The notes under the pieces are model-generated. The model searched no databases. It worked only from the letters and a program-made list of their open reading frames with translations, and had not been told where the DNA came from. From contig JAQUVR010000003.1 in the NCBI GenBank assembly GCA_028693335.1, positions 1 through 17,520 of the forward strand: a stretch of 17,520 nucleotides of DNA. Reading direction: 5' to 3'. The stretch is from Candidatus Iainarchaeum sp. Lineage in GTDB: Archaea; Iainarchaeota; Iainarchaeia; Iainarchaeales; CSSED10-239. Shown here piece by piece: positions 1-8,082 of this stretch (position 1 is the stretch's first letter; each line of letters opens with the position of its first letter). The translations under genes and the position numbers were made by a program.

Positions 1-372
1 GATACAAATGTAATTGTTTATATGTATGAACAAAAAAAAGATGTTTTTGATTTTGCATTAAAAATAATAACTGATGCAGAATTTTTTATATTAGATAAAT
101 CAATAAAAGAATTAGAAAAAGTATATAAAGAAAAACCAAGAAAATTAGAACAAATAAAAAAATTTATAGATAAACTTTTATTAATAAATCAAGTAAAAAT
201 ATTAGAAACACCAAAAGAAGTTTTAGAAAAGATTGATAAAGTTGATAAAATATTGATTTATTTTAGTAAAGAATATTTAATATATACAAATGATAGAAAA
301 TTAAAACAAAAAATCTTAGAAAAAAACAGAAGAGTTTTAACATTAAGACTTCATGATGTTTATCTAAATTAA
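1..372 (+). CDS. PIN-domain protein, Fcf1/COG1412-like (5' end outside window)
   Basis: Frame 1 is open from base 1 (DTNVIVYMYEQKK...), so the ATG at 22 in the ORF track is probably internal. The N-terminal DTN motif and the C-terminal IYTNDRKLKQKILEKNRRVLTLR (T-x-D) motif match the first and last acidic motifs of PIN domains. From memory, this family sits just upstream of rpoE' in many archaea. Confidence 0.7.
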   Translation, partial: DTNVIVYMYEQKKDVFDFALKIITDAEFFILDKSIKELEKVYKEKPRKLEQIKKFIDKLLLINQVKILETPKEVLEKIDKVDKILIYFSKEYLIYTNDRKLKQKILEKNRRVLTLRLHDVYLN

Positions 373-394
373 AATATAAAGAGGGTATTAGGAA

Positions 395-1027
395 ATGGGC
401 TATAAAAAATATGTTTTGGAAGGAATTACAAGCATTTTACCACAAGGAATTTCTGGAGAATTAAATGAAATAATTATTAATCAATTATCAAGAGAATATG
501 AAGGCGTTATAGATAAAAACATTGGTTTAATTATTGCAGTAACAGATTTAATTGAACACGATATTGGTGAAATAGTTCCTGGAGATCCAAATGTTTTTTT
601 TAAAGTTAAATTTTCTGTTATTACATATTTGCCAAGATTACATGAAATAGTTTCAGGTGTAGTAACACAAGCAACAGATTTCGGTGCGTTTTTAAAAATT
701 GGGCCTGTTGAAGGTTTGTGCCACGTTTCTCAAGTAATGGATGATTTTAATTCATATAATGGAGAATTACCTGGTTTTGTTGGAAAAGATTCAAAACAAT
801 CATTGGTTGTTGAAGATGTTGTTCTTTCAAGAATAGCAAACATTAGTTTAAAATCAACAGTTGCAGATACAAAAATAGGACTTACAATGAGACAATTTGG
901 ATTAGGAAAACCAGATTGGCAAACAACAAAAGAAAAAAAAGAAAGAAAAATTATTAAGAAGGATAAAAAAACAGATACTAAAGTAAGTACCACAAAAACA
1001 AATAAAAAAACAACACCCAAAAAATAA
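395..1027 (+). CDS. rpoE: DNA-directed RNA polymerase subunit Rpo7 (E')
   Basis: Collinear with archaeal RpoE': an N-terminal Rpo7 domain (YEGVIDKNIGLIIAV...VPGDPNVFFKVKF) and an S1 fold (GVVTQATDFGAFLKIGPVEGLCHVSQVMDD...IGLTMRQFGLGKPDW). An SD-like GAGGGT lies 8 nt upstream of the ATG. It carries an extra Lys/Thr-rich tail of about 35 aa. Confidence 0.93.
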   Translation: MGYKKYVLEGITSILPQGISGELNEIIINQLSREYEGVIDKNIGLIIAVTDLIEHDIGEIVPGDPNVFFKVKFSVITYLPRLHEIVSGVVTQATDFGAFLKIGPVEGLCHVSQVMDDFNSYNGELPGFVGKDSKQSLVVEDVVLSRIANISLKSTVADTKIGLTMRQFGLGKPDWQTTKEKKERKIIKKDKKTDTKVSTTKTNKKTTPKK

Positions 1028-1040
1028 ATTGTGATTTATT

Positions 1041-1271
1041 ATGACATATAAAGCATGTAGAAAATGTAGAAAGATTATTGAAGATAATGATGATGTAGTA
1101 GATAATCAAGAAAAAAAAGAAATATTTAAAGAATGTCCAATCTGTTCAGGAACAACATTTACTACTTTTTGGAAAGGTAATGCTTTGATTATAGATCCAG
1201 AAAAATCAGAGATTGCTGAAGCAATGAGTGTAAAGACTCCTGGAAGATATGCATTAAGATTAAGTAGATAA
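1041..1271 (+). CDS. spt4: Transcription elongation factor Spt4 (RpoE'')
   Basis: A zinc ribbon (CRKC...CPIC) is followed by WKGNALIIDPEKSEIAEAM...PGRYALRL, the conserved Spt4 C-terminal signature. It lies directly downstream of rpoE', as in other archaea. Confidence 0.85.
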   Translation: MTYKACRKCRKIIEDNDDVVDNQEKKEIFKECPICSGTTFTTFWKGNALIIDPEKSEIAEAMSVKTPGRYALRLSR

Positions 1272-1292
1272 AATTAAAAAAGAGGAATTTTT

Positions 1293-1601
1293 ATGAATAT
1301 AGAAATAGAAAAACAAAGAAATGAATTATTACATAGAACCAACATAATTGCAAAAATAACAGCAATAAAAACACCACAAAGAAAAGAAGTTTTAAAAAAA
1401 GTTGCTGCAATGCTTGGTGTTGATGAAAAATTAGTTGCTGTTGATACTATAAATCAAGATTTTGGAAAACACAATTGTGTTGCATATTTAAAAGTTTATG
1501 ATGATATTAAGTATTTAAAACAATTAGAGCAAGAATATAAAATTAAAAGAACAGGTTCATTAGAAGAACCAAAAAAAGAAGAAAAATCTGATGAAGAATA
1601 A
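1293..1601 (+). CDS. rps24e: 30S ribosomal protein S24e
   Basis: The N-terminus (IEKQRNELLHRTNIIAKI...TPQRKEVLKKVAAMLGVDEKLV) is typical of S24e. It occupies the conserved spt4-S24e-S27ae position. An SD-like GAGGA lies 6 nt before the ATG. Confidence 0.85.
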   Translation: MNIEIEKQRNELLHRTNIIAKITAIKTPQRKEVLKKVAAMLGVDEKLVAVDTINQDFGKHNCVAYLKVYDDIKYLKQLEQEYKIKRTGSLEEPKKEEKSDEE

Positions 1602-1629
1602 TTTTTAAAAAAAGAGGTAATGATTAAAT

Positions 1630-1851
1630 ATGGCAAAAAAAGGAAGCGGTGTAAAAAAAGGTAAAACAAAACACAAGCCAACAGTAAATATTAAAGTAAG
1701 TAAATTTTACAAAGTTGATGGCACAGCAGTTTCAAGACTTGGCAAAGATTGCCCAAAATGTGGTGTTTCAGTAAAAATGGGTGCTCACAAAACAAAAGAA
1801 GGAAAAACCAGATTTGCTTGTGGCAAATGTGGAATGAATGTTTGGGAATAA
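1630..1851 (+). CDS. rps27ae: 30S ribosomal protein S27ae
   Basis: A basic N-terminus is followed by YKVDG...CPKCG...H....R.ACGKCG, a C4 zinc ribbon characteristic of S27ae. It sits in the conserved position after S24e. Confidence 0.85.
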   Translation: MAKKGSGVKKGKTKHKPTVNIKVSKFYKVDGTAVSRLGKDCPKCGVSVKMGAHKTKEGKTRFACGKCGMNVWE

Positions 1852-1868
1852 ATTGTTTGTGATCTTTC

Positions 1869-2399
1869 GTGATTGAGTTTGGAATTGATCTACTTTTATT
1901 CTTAATTCCAATCTATTTTTTGATATTGTTAAATCCTAAAGAAAATATAAAAAATATTTTTTTATCTTTGGGTTTTAAAAAAATAAGTTTTAAAGATATA
2001 TTTAAACACACAATAATTCTTTTCTTTTTATTATTTTTATTAAGTTATACACTAAGTTTTATTTCTGTATTTTTTAAAATATCCGATCTTAATTTGGTTG
2101 GTCAAGAAATTTTGAAACTACCAATATCTGTTTTAATTTATATGTTTGTTATTAGAGTGTTTTTAGAAGAGTGGTTTTTTAGATCATTTTTAGTACCAAA
2201 AATTGGTGCTATATTTTCAAGTATTATTTTTGCAATTGCACATATTGGATATGGTTCTATTATTCAAGTACTGGGTGCTTTTTTTTTAGGGGTTTTATTG
2301 TCTGTATATTATAAAAAAACAGGATCTATTATTCCAAATTATTTTGCTCATTTTTTATATAATTTGTCAATTTATCTTATACTTGTTGTTTTTATATAA
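1869..2399 (+). CDS. CPBP-family (CAAX/Abi) intramembrane metalloprotease
   Basis: Polytopic membrane protein with the three CPBP motifs: EEWFFRSF (EExxxR), FAIAHIGYG (FxxxH) and AHFLYN (HxxxN). It uses a GTG start as given by the ORF track; the exact start is uncertain. Confidence 0.8.
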   Translation: MIEFGIDLLLFLIPIYFLILLNPKENIKNIFLSLGFKKISFKDIFKHTIILFFLLFLLSYTLSFISVFFKISDLNLVGQEILKLPISVLIYMFVIRVFLEEWFFRSFLVPKIGAIFSSIIFAIAHIGYGSIIQVLGAFFLGVLLSVYYKKTGSIIPNYFAHFLYNLSIYLILVVFI

Positions 2400-2629
2400 T
2401 TTTTAATGTATAAACTAATTTTTATCTGTTAATAAAAAATTTAGCCAGAATTTGAACTTTTGTTTAGGCACACATTTATTTGGAGCACTTTTTTTCATTT
2501 ATGTGTCTAATTTTGTACACCGAAAATCACTTTATTTATATAAACGTTAATATCTATAGTTATATTGGATTTTGTAGACAAAAAGATAAATAAGAAATCA
2601 AATGGTTTAGAATAATAGGAGCAAGAAAA

Positions 2630-2780
2630 AAACCGTTAGATTCATCTAGGAGGCGATAAGATAGGGGCTGTTAATACATGAAACTGGTTTTTTGCCAGGT
2701 TTTTGGAAACGGGGGGGAAATTACGCTAAACTAAGCTCGATAGTAGATGTTGTTATTGGAATTTCCCCGACCTAAGCTAA
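2630..2780. ncRNA. Candidate structured non-coding RNA, class and strand unknown
   Basis: A GC-richer island inside a 515-bp gap that has no ORF. It contains a perfect 9-bp stem (2714-2722 GGGGAAATT with 2760-2768 AATTTCCCC) and several further hairpins (listed under findings). It also has a G7 run, a CTAAGCT direct repeat, and T-runs on either side that could serve as archaeal terminators on either strand. Confidence 0.3.
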
Positions 2781-2914
2781 TTTTGTTTGAAACTATTTTT
2801 AGATTAAATAATTTTTTGCTTTTTTTAAAAATTAAAAACTTTTATATATAGGTTACTAATATATATTATTAGGCAATAATATTTATTATAACAAATAAAT
2901 AATTTGGTAAAAAT

Positions 2915-3646
2915 ATGACCACAGAAAAAAGCAATATTAATAAAATTGAAAAACATTTTAATAAATTTGATTTACATCTACACAGTAAATATTCTTCTTG
3001 TGCAGTAAATGAACCAAAAACAATTATAAAACAAGCATTAGGCCATGGACTAAAAGGAATTGCTTTAACCGATCACAACACCATAAAAGGTTGGGCAGAA
3101 TTGCAAAGACTTTGTAGAGAAAATGATTTGGTTTTTATTCCTGGCCAAGAAATAACTGCTACTTTTCAAGGTAAAAGATTAGGCCACATCTTGGCATTAT
3201 TTACTTATGATAAAATAGAATCTTTTGAAATATTTGATATAATAGATCAAGCAAAATCACAAGCAGCACTATTATCAATTCCGCACCCTTTTGATTTTGG
3301 ACGAAAGTTTTCTGGTTTTGAATTGTTATCTAAAGATAAATCAATAACAAAATATATTCCTGCAATGGAAACATTTAATTCAAGAGTTTATAATCTGAAG
3401 ACTAATAAAAAAGCAGAAGAATTTGCAAAAAAAAATTATATGTTACAAACTGCTGGTTCTGATGCACATATGCCACATGAAATAGGGAACGGTTATTTGA
3501 TTGCTAATGCGCAAAGTGAAACCGAATTATTAAAAGAAATAAAACTCGGACGTGTTGTAGTTGGTGGCCAATTATCAGGACTTGTTCCAAAGATTCAAAC
3601 TTTGGGTGCTTATTTAGGCATTATGAGAGACAATTATTTTAAATAG
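2915..3646 (+). CDS. PHP-domain metal-dependent phosphoesterase
   Basis: Complete set of PHP metal-ligand motifs in order: FDLHLHS (HxH), LTDHNT, GQEI, HILAL, IPHPFD and GSDAHMPHEIG (DxH). Its 3' end overlaps the convergent TraB gene by 8 nt. Confidence 0.85.
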   Translation: MTTEKSNINKIEKHFNKFDLHLHSKYSSCAVNEPKTIIKQALGHGLKGIALTDHNTIKGWAELQRLCRENDLVFIPGQEITATFQGKRLGHILALFTYDKIESFEIFDIIDQAKSQAALLSIPHPFDFGRKFSGFELLSKDKSITKYIPAMETFNSRVYNLKTNKKAEEFAKKNYMLQTAGSDAHMPHEIGNGYLIANAQSETELLKEIKLGRVVVGGQLSGLVPKIQTLGAYLGIMRDNYFK

Positions 3647-4364
3647 TTAATATTTTTTTAATATCTATTTCTTTATTATTTAAATTATTAATAATTCCAT
3701 TAACATGACCAGCACCAACAACAACAACAATATTTTCTCCGGGCATATTTTGTAATTGATATGCCATATATTGATCTCTTTGATCTATTAATATTTCTTT
3801 AAGTTTTTTATGTTGTTCAGTAAATATTTGTAATATTTGTTCAATCATATCAGAATTTTCTTTGCCTTCTTCAACTTCTTTTAAAATGGAATCAATATTT
3901 ATTTTTTTTAAATCTTTTTTCGGAACAAAAAATCCACTAAACAATATTTTAAATTTTTCTTTGAATGTTATATTTTTTGTAAGTTTTAATAATGTGACAT
4001 TTATATCTCTATCAATTAATGCAATTTTTGCATTAATCTCTTTTGCAGAAGTAATTGCAGAAAACATTTCTTCTCCAGGATCTATTTTATATTTTTTTGC
4101 GATATTTCTCTGTATTCCTGATAAAACATATGCCAGTAAAAAAACAGATGGTTTTTTTGATTTGAATATTGCGGTTATTTTTGGTTTTTTGATCTTATCT
4201 TTATTAATTAAAGAATAAAATCTGTTTCTATCTAATTCAACACAGACAACATCTGGTCTTTGATTTAAAATAATTTCATTTACTTGTAACGCATTGGCTT
4301 TAGAGATGTGTGCTGTTCCAACAAATGTAATTTTTTTTTCATTAAAAATAATTTCTTTAATCAT
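3639..4364 (-). CDS. TraB/PrgY/GumN-family protein
   Basis: ITFVGTAHISKAN...PDVVCVELDRNRF near the N-terminus and VVVVGAGHVNGI near the C-terminus are the hallmark TraB-family motifs. Confidence 0.85.
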   Translation of the reverse strand: MIKEIIFNEKKITFVGTAHISKANALQVNEIILNQRPDVVCVELDRNRFYSLINKDKIKKPKITAIFKSKKPSVFLLAYVLSGIQRNIAKKYKIDPGEEMFSAITSAKEINAKIALIDRDINVTLLKLTKNITFKEKFKILFSGFFVPKKDLKKINIDSILKEVEEGKENSDMIEQILQIFTEQHKKLKEILIDQRDQYMAYQLQNMPGENIVVVVGAGHVNGIINNLNNKEIDIKKILTI

Positions 4365-4527
4365 TTTCTTTCAAATTAATTTTTTAAATAGATTTTTAAA
4401 TATTGAAAAAATCGTTTTCTTTTTAAAGGTTTTAATCTTATATATTATAAGAAAATATATATTTATAAAGATATAAACTTTAATATATATTGATAAAATA
4501 AAACCATTGCCAAAAAAAGATGAAAAC

Positions 4528-7500
4528 ATGTTAAAAAAGAACAGTTTTTTTATTATTATTTTAATATTTATTTTTATTTTTATAAATAATATATTTGCAT
4601 ACACCATTACAAGCATAAATATTACAAACAATTATGCAAATAATGCAAGTACAATTCAGACAATTACTGGTGTTTTATCTGATACAACCGGAATAACAGA
4701 TAATAAATTTTTATTAAATATAAAGTCTTTAAAAGACACCACTGGAAAAGATTTTAATGCAATTGTATCTGGAAATAATTTTTCTGCAAATTTTAAATTA
4801 GACTTAACTTCTAGTCAATCTAGTTATGATCAATATGGTGCACCCATAATTATTGTTAATGCTTTTGATACTGTCACTGTCACAGTTTCTGATACTGATG
4901 GGCAATCAAAATCAGATACTATTAAGATTGATACCCTAAAACCAAACGTAGGCACTATTAATTCTATATCTAATGTAACAGGTACAAATTACAATGATTT
5001 TTATTCAAAAACTATTTCACTTAATGTTACTCCTGCAACAGATGGCAACACATTTATTGATAAACAAATTGTTTATGTTGTCCCAATTGCAACAGTAAAT
5101 AACTATTTGACGGCATATACAAAAAAAATAGTTGACACTAATATATCAACAGCAATAAATATTAATTCAGTTACATTAAACATTCCAGATGGTAATTATT
5201 ATGTTTTATTAGATGCAAATGATATTGCTGGTAATTTGGTTTCATCAGCATCAGTATTAAACACAAAAAAAGTAGTATATTTTGATAATAACGCACCAAC
5301 TTATCAAACCCCAAATTTGGGTGCAATTACAGCATCTAAAATTTATGTAAATAATAGTTCAGATTTTAATTTAAGTATCCCTGTATTAGACTCTTGTGGA
5401 ATAGATTCCAGTTCCCCACAAACAATATTTTCTGTAAGATTACCAAATACTCAATTGGTTTTAGGTAATTATCAATTACCAAATAATAGATTTTTTATAG
5501 ATTTAATTGGTAGTTGGCAAACAAATGACACCTTTGTTGTAAGTTTAGATGCTAAGGATAACTTAGACAATATTTTAAATTTAGATTTTAATGTAATAAT
5601 TGATAGAACATCACCAACAATTCCAAATATAACAACATTAACAATTGCAAATGATAAAAATGTTACAATTGGTTGGAGTGCTGCAACAGATAGTTTGTCT
5701 GGACTTAAAGAGTATAAAGTTTATAGGGCAACATCAACTTTTACACCAGTAACAAACCAGACCCTTATATGTACTGTTCTATCTTCTGCAACAAGAACTT
5801 GTATTGATACAACATCTAAACCATCAAATACTAGATTATATTATGGTGTTTCTGCAATAGATAATGCGGGAAATAAAAGCGATGTAAATGCACAATATGT
5901 TCATACTGGGCCAAGTTGTTCTATTGAAATTGCCGATGGAAATAAATACACCAATTCTTCTACTCCACAGATGAGTTTAGAGTTTTCAGATGATGTTAAT
6001 TTATTTTCATTTAGTTGTAATAATTCTACTTTTACTTCATATATAGATATTGATGATGATGATTATGTTTTTAACATAGTTAGTGGCTCAGGTTGTAATA
6101 GCACACAAGGGGAAAAAACAATATATTTTAGAGTAAAAAGTGAAGATGATCCCTATTATACAACAACATGTAGCGATAAAATAATTTATGATGTGACTGC
6201 ACCAACAATTCCAGCAAATTTTGCTGCCAGTTCACAAAGTAATGGATCTATCAAGTTAACTTGGGCTAGTAGTGATGATAATTTAAGTGATGATATTTTT
6301 TATAGAGTGTATTATTCAGAATCAGATAATGTTACAAAAAATTCTTTGTACATAGAAACAGATGATCTTCAAACCATTTTCAATCCAAATAAACAAGCAA
6401 CTTTTTATTTTAAGATTGCTGCAATGGATGAAGCTGGTAATGAATCAAATCTAAGTACTGGTACTTCTGCACAAGCAAGAAGAATTGGTCCATCTTTTAC
6501 TTTAAATATTGTACCATCAAACAAAATTAATGATGTTTTGTATGTTGGAAAAGGATTAAAGAATATTAATTTTGTTAGTGACCAAGATCTTAGTGCTGAA
6601 CCAGTAATAACTTTAAAAATCGGAAACACTTCAAGAATATTAAGTTCAATTAGAACAGGTAGAAATATTTCTACAACTTTTGATTTTAATACAACAGCAG
6701 ATGCACAGATTAGTATAAGTGGAAGAAATACAAATAATGAAACTGCAGAAAATATTTTCTTGTTTGTTGTTGATTCCCAGTTGCCAACTTTTGATGTTAA
6801 TTTAGTTGAAGATAATCAAAAACTTAATTTTTCTGCAAAGAATTTTTCTGATGACCTATTTAGAATTCAATATCTTTTAAATGATAATGAAGAAATCTGT
6901 ATTGTAGAAAAAACACAATCAGCTAATTTTACTTGTTTGTTTGATACTATTAATTATTCTGATGGTAATTATGTGATGTTTATTTACGCTTATGATAAAG
7001 CATTGAATGTTACAAAAAAAGAAGTGTCTTTAGTTATAGATAATATTGATGAAGAGAAAGAAAATTCTGTTTTATTAAAAGAATTATTGTTATCAAAAAT
7101 TCAAGAAATAGAAGAAAAGATAATAATTTTAGAAGAACTGTTAGTTGTAATTCCAGAAGACACAAAATTAAGATTACAAGAAATAAAAGACAAAAAAGAA
7201 ATTGGGGACATGTATTTTGAGCAAGATAAATTTATTGATTCTAATAAAACATATACAGAAGCTCATGAAATGTTATTGACCTTAGACACAACCTTTCCTG
7301 AAGAAAAGCAAATTAAAAACACTTCCTTTAATACCATTTACGATGCAAATAAATTTTCAATAGTTTCAAAATATATCTCTGATGCAAATATATTAGCAGA
7401 TACTCAAAAATTATATGCTGACGGGGTTATATCTGTTGATAAAAACTTTTTTGTACAACAAATTGGTATATCTAAATATTTTGCAGTTACTTTATCAATA

Positions 7501-8079
7501 AAAAATAATAGTGATAAAGAACAAACAATTACAATAATTGAAGATATTCCAAAAACATTTGCTGGAGATGTCTCTGAATTAATTTTTTCAAAAAAAGTTG
7601 ATATTTTACTTAGAGATCCAATTGTTTCTTATTCTTATAAAATTCCACCAAAATCAAATGTTACATTAAATTATAAAAATAAAAAAGTTGTAACAGATGT
7701 TGATATTGCTACAAAATATTCAAGAATAACATTTACAGATCCAGTAATTTTAAATGGAGTAGTAATTTCAGAAGATATAAAAATTACTAAACCATTAGAT
7801 ACGCGGTTATTAATTTATTTAGTAATTGGAATGGTTGTTTTATTAATTTTATTAGTCGTAATTGGATCCATAATTAAATCCAATAAAGAAAAAGATATGA
7901 AAAATATTGTAAAACCAAATGCAAATACCATGATGAACGATTATTTTTCAAAACCAACTGAGGATAAAACAAATTTATCTGAGGATATGAAAAGTAATGA
8001 TAAAACTAATGATAAAAACAAAGAAGATAAATTTAAGCAGGATTATGACTATATATTAAATGCAATTAAAAAAAGATAA
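4528..8079 (+). CDS. Large modular cell-surface (S-layer-like) glycoprotein candidate with signal peptide and C-terminal TM anchor
   Basis: The track starts this ORF at TTG 4507. The ATG at 4528 gives MLKKNSFFIIILIFIFIFINNIFA|YT, a classic signal peptide, so I prefer 4528. About eight beta-sandwich-sized modules are delimited by recurring D-x-x-x-P linkers (IDTLKP, FDNNAP, IDRTSP, YDVTAP, VDSQLP). FN3/Ig-like strings are present (GWSAATDSLSGLKEYKVY, LTWASSDDNLSDDIFYRVYY, AIDNAGNKS, AMDEAGNES, DANDIAGN). Further along are a coiled-coil segment (nt about 7048-7206), a CARDB-like module (VTLSIKNNSDKEQTITIIEDIP) and a TM helix (nt 7804-7875), then a charged tail of about 65 aa. I count roughly three dozen N-x-S/T sequons by eye. 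Confidence 0.85.
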   Translation: MLKKNSFFIIILIFIFIFINNIFAYTITSINITNNYANNASTIQTITGVLSDTTGITDNKFLLNIKSLKDTTGKDFNAIVSGNNFSANFKLDLTSSQSSYDQYGAPIIIVNAFDTVTVTVSDTDGQSKSDTIKIDTLKPNVGTINSISNVTGTNYNDFYSKTISLNVTPATDGNTFIDKQIVYVVPIATVNNYLTAYTKKIVDTNISTAININSVTLNIPDGNYYVLLDANDIAGNLVSSASVLNTKKVVYFDNNAPTYQTPNLGAITASKIYVNNSSDFNLSIPVLDSCGIDSSSPQTIFSVRLPNTQLVLGNYQLPNNRFFIDLIGSWQTNDTFVVSLDAKDNLDNILNLDFNVIIDRTSPTIPNITTLTIANDKNVTIGWSAATDSLSGLKEYKVYRATSTFTPVTNQTLICTVLSSATRTCIDTTSKPSNTRLYYGVSAIDNAGNKSDVNAQYVHTGPSCSIEIADGNKYTNSSTPQMSLEFSDDVNLFSFSCNNSTFTSYIDIDDDDYVFNIVSGSGCNSTQGEKTIYFRVKSEDDPYYTTTCSDKIIYDVTAPTIPANFAASSQSNGSIKLTWASSDDNLSDDIFYRVYYSESDNVTKNSLYIETDDLQTIFNPNKQATFYFKIAAMDEAGNESNLSTGTSAQARRIGPSFTLNIVPSNKINDVLYVGKGLKNINFVSDQDLSAEPVITLKIGNTSRILSSIRTGRNISTTFDFNTTADAQISISGRNTNNETAENIFLFVVDSQLPTFDVNLVEDNQKLNFSAKNFSDDLFRIQYLLNDNEEICIVEKTQSANFTCLFDTINYSDGNYVMFIYAYDKALNVTKKEVSLVIDNIDEEKENSVLLKELLLSKIQEIEEKIIILEELLVVIPEDTKLRLQEIKDKKEIGDMYFEQDKFIDSNKTYTEAHEMLLTLDTTFPEEKQIKNTSFNTIYDANKFSIVSKYISDANILADTQKLYADGVISVDKNFFVQQIGISKYFAVTLSIKNNSDKEQTITIIEDIPKTFAGDVSELIFSKKVDILLRDPIVSYSYKIPPKSNVTLNYKNKKVVTDVDIATKYSRITFTDPVILNGVVISEDIKITKPLDTRLLIYLVIGMVVLLILLVVIGSIIKSNKEKDMKNIVKPNANTMMNDYFSKPTEDKTNLSEDMKSNDKTNDKNKEDKFKQDYDYILNAIKKR

Positions 8080-8082
8080 ATA

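Noticed and set aside
730-1020. 96-aa minus-strand ORF inside rpoE, and likewise 1496-1681 (minus) across S24e/S27ae.
   Set aside because: These are antisense shadow ORFs of well-supported genes, with low-complexity Phe/Leu/Val composition from the reverse complement of Lys/Glu codons.
2690-2730. SRP RNA helix-8-like string UUUGCCAGGU...GGAA, compared with E. coli 4.5S UUUACCAGGUCAGGUCCGGAAGGAAGCAGCC.
   Set aside because: The universally conserved 3'-side AGCA/symmetric-loop residues are absent, and the spacing to the GGAA loop is too short. Weak end pairing (GGGG/CCCC) alone is not diagnostic.
2710-2780. RNase P RNA CR-I-like GGGGAAAUUCC (minus strand) or GGGGAAAUUAC (plus strand), lying next to a PHP-fold gene. 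Rpp30 of archaeal RNase P has a PHP-like barrel.
   Set aside because: The pairing partner of the motif lies only 37 nt away, whereas a P4 partner would be hundreds of nt away. No CR-IV/CR-V ACAGAA motifs are present. The downstream protein retains all PHP metal-binding His/Asp residues, so it is a true phosphoesterase rather than Rpp30.
2660-2785. 5S rRNA-like fragments on the plus strand: AAACUAAGCUC resembles GAAGUUAAGC, CGAUAGUAGAUGUUG resembles CGAUGGUAGUGUGG, and GGGCU/AGCUC could form a helix II.
   Set aside because: There is no loop C CCGAAC motif and no helix I pairing of the putative ends. The segment between the helix II strands is about 25 nt too long. The strong 9-bp stem (2714-2722/2760-2768) is incompatible with the 5S fold.
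3862-4218. 118-aa plus-strand ORF antisense to the TraB gene.
   Set aside because: The TraB reading on the minus strand has family hallmark motifs. The antisense ORF is Phe/Ile/Asn low-complexity with no SD.
4294-4631. ORFs at 4294-4476 (plus) and 4371-4631 (minus) spanning the divergent promoter region and the start of the surface-protein gene.
   Set aside because: Pure AT-rich low-complexity translations (poly Ile/Phe/Lys) overlapping better-supported genes and promoters, with no SD.
6405-6629. 74-aa minus-strand ORF inside the surface-protein gene.
   Set aside because: It is antisense to a 1190-codon open frame that has coherent domain motifs.
4528-8079. Diversity-generating retroelement targeting the surface protein, as reported for DPANN archaea.
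   Set aside because: No reverse-transcriptase gene lies in the window, and I saw no template/variable repeat pair by eye. I cannot exclude a distal DGR without a repeat search.
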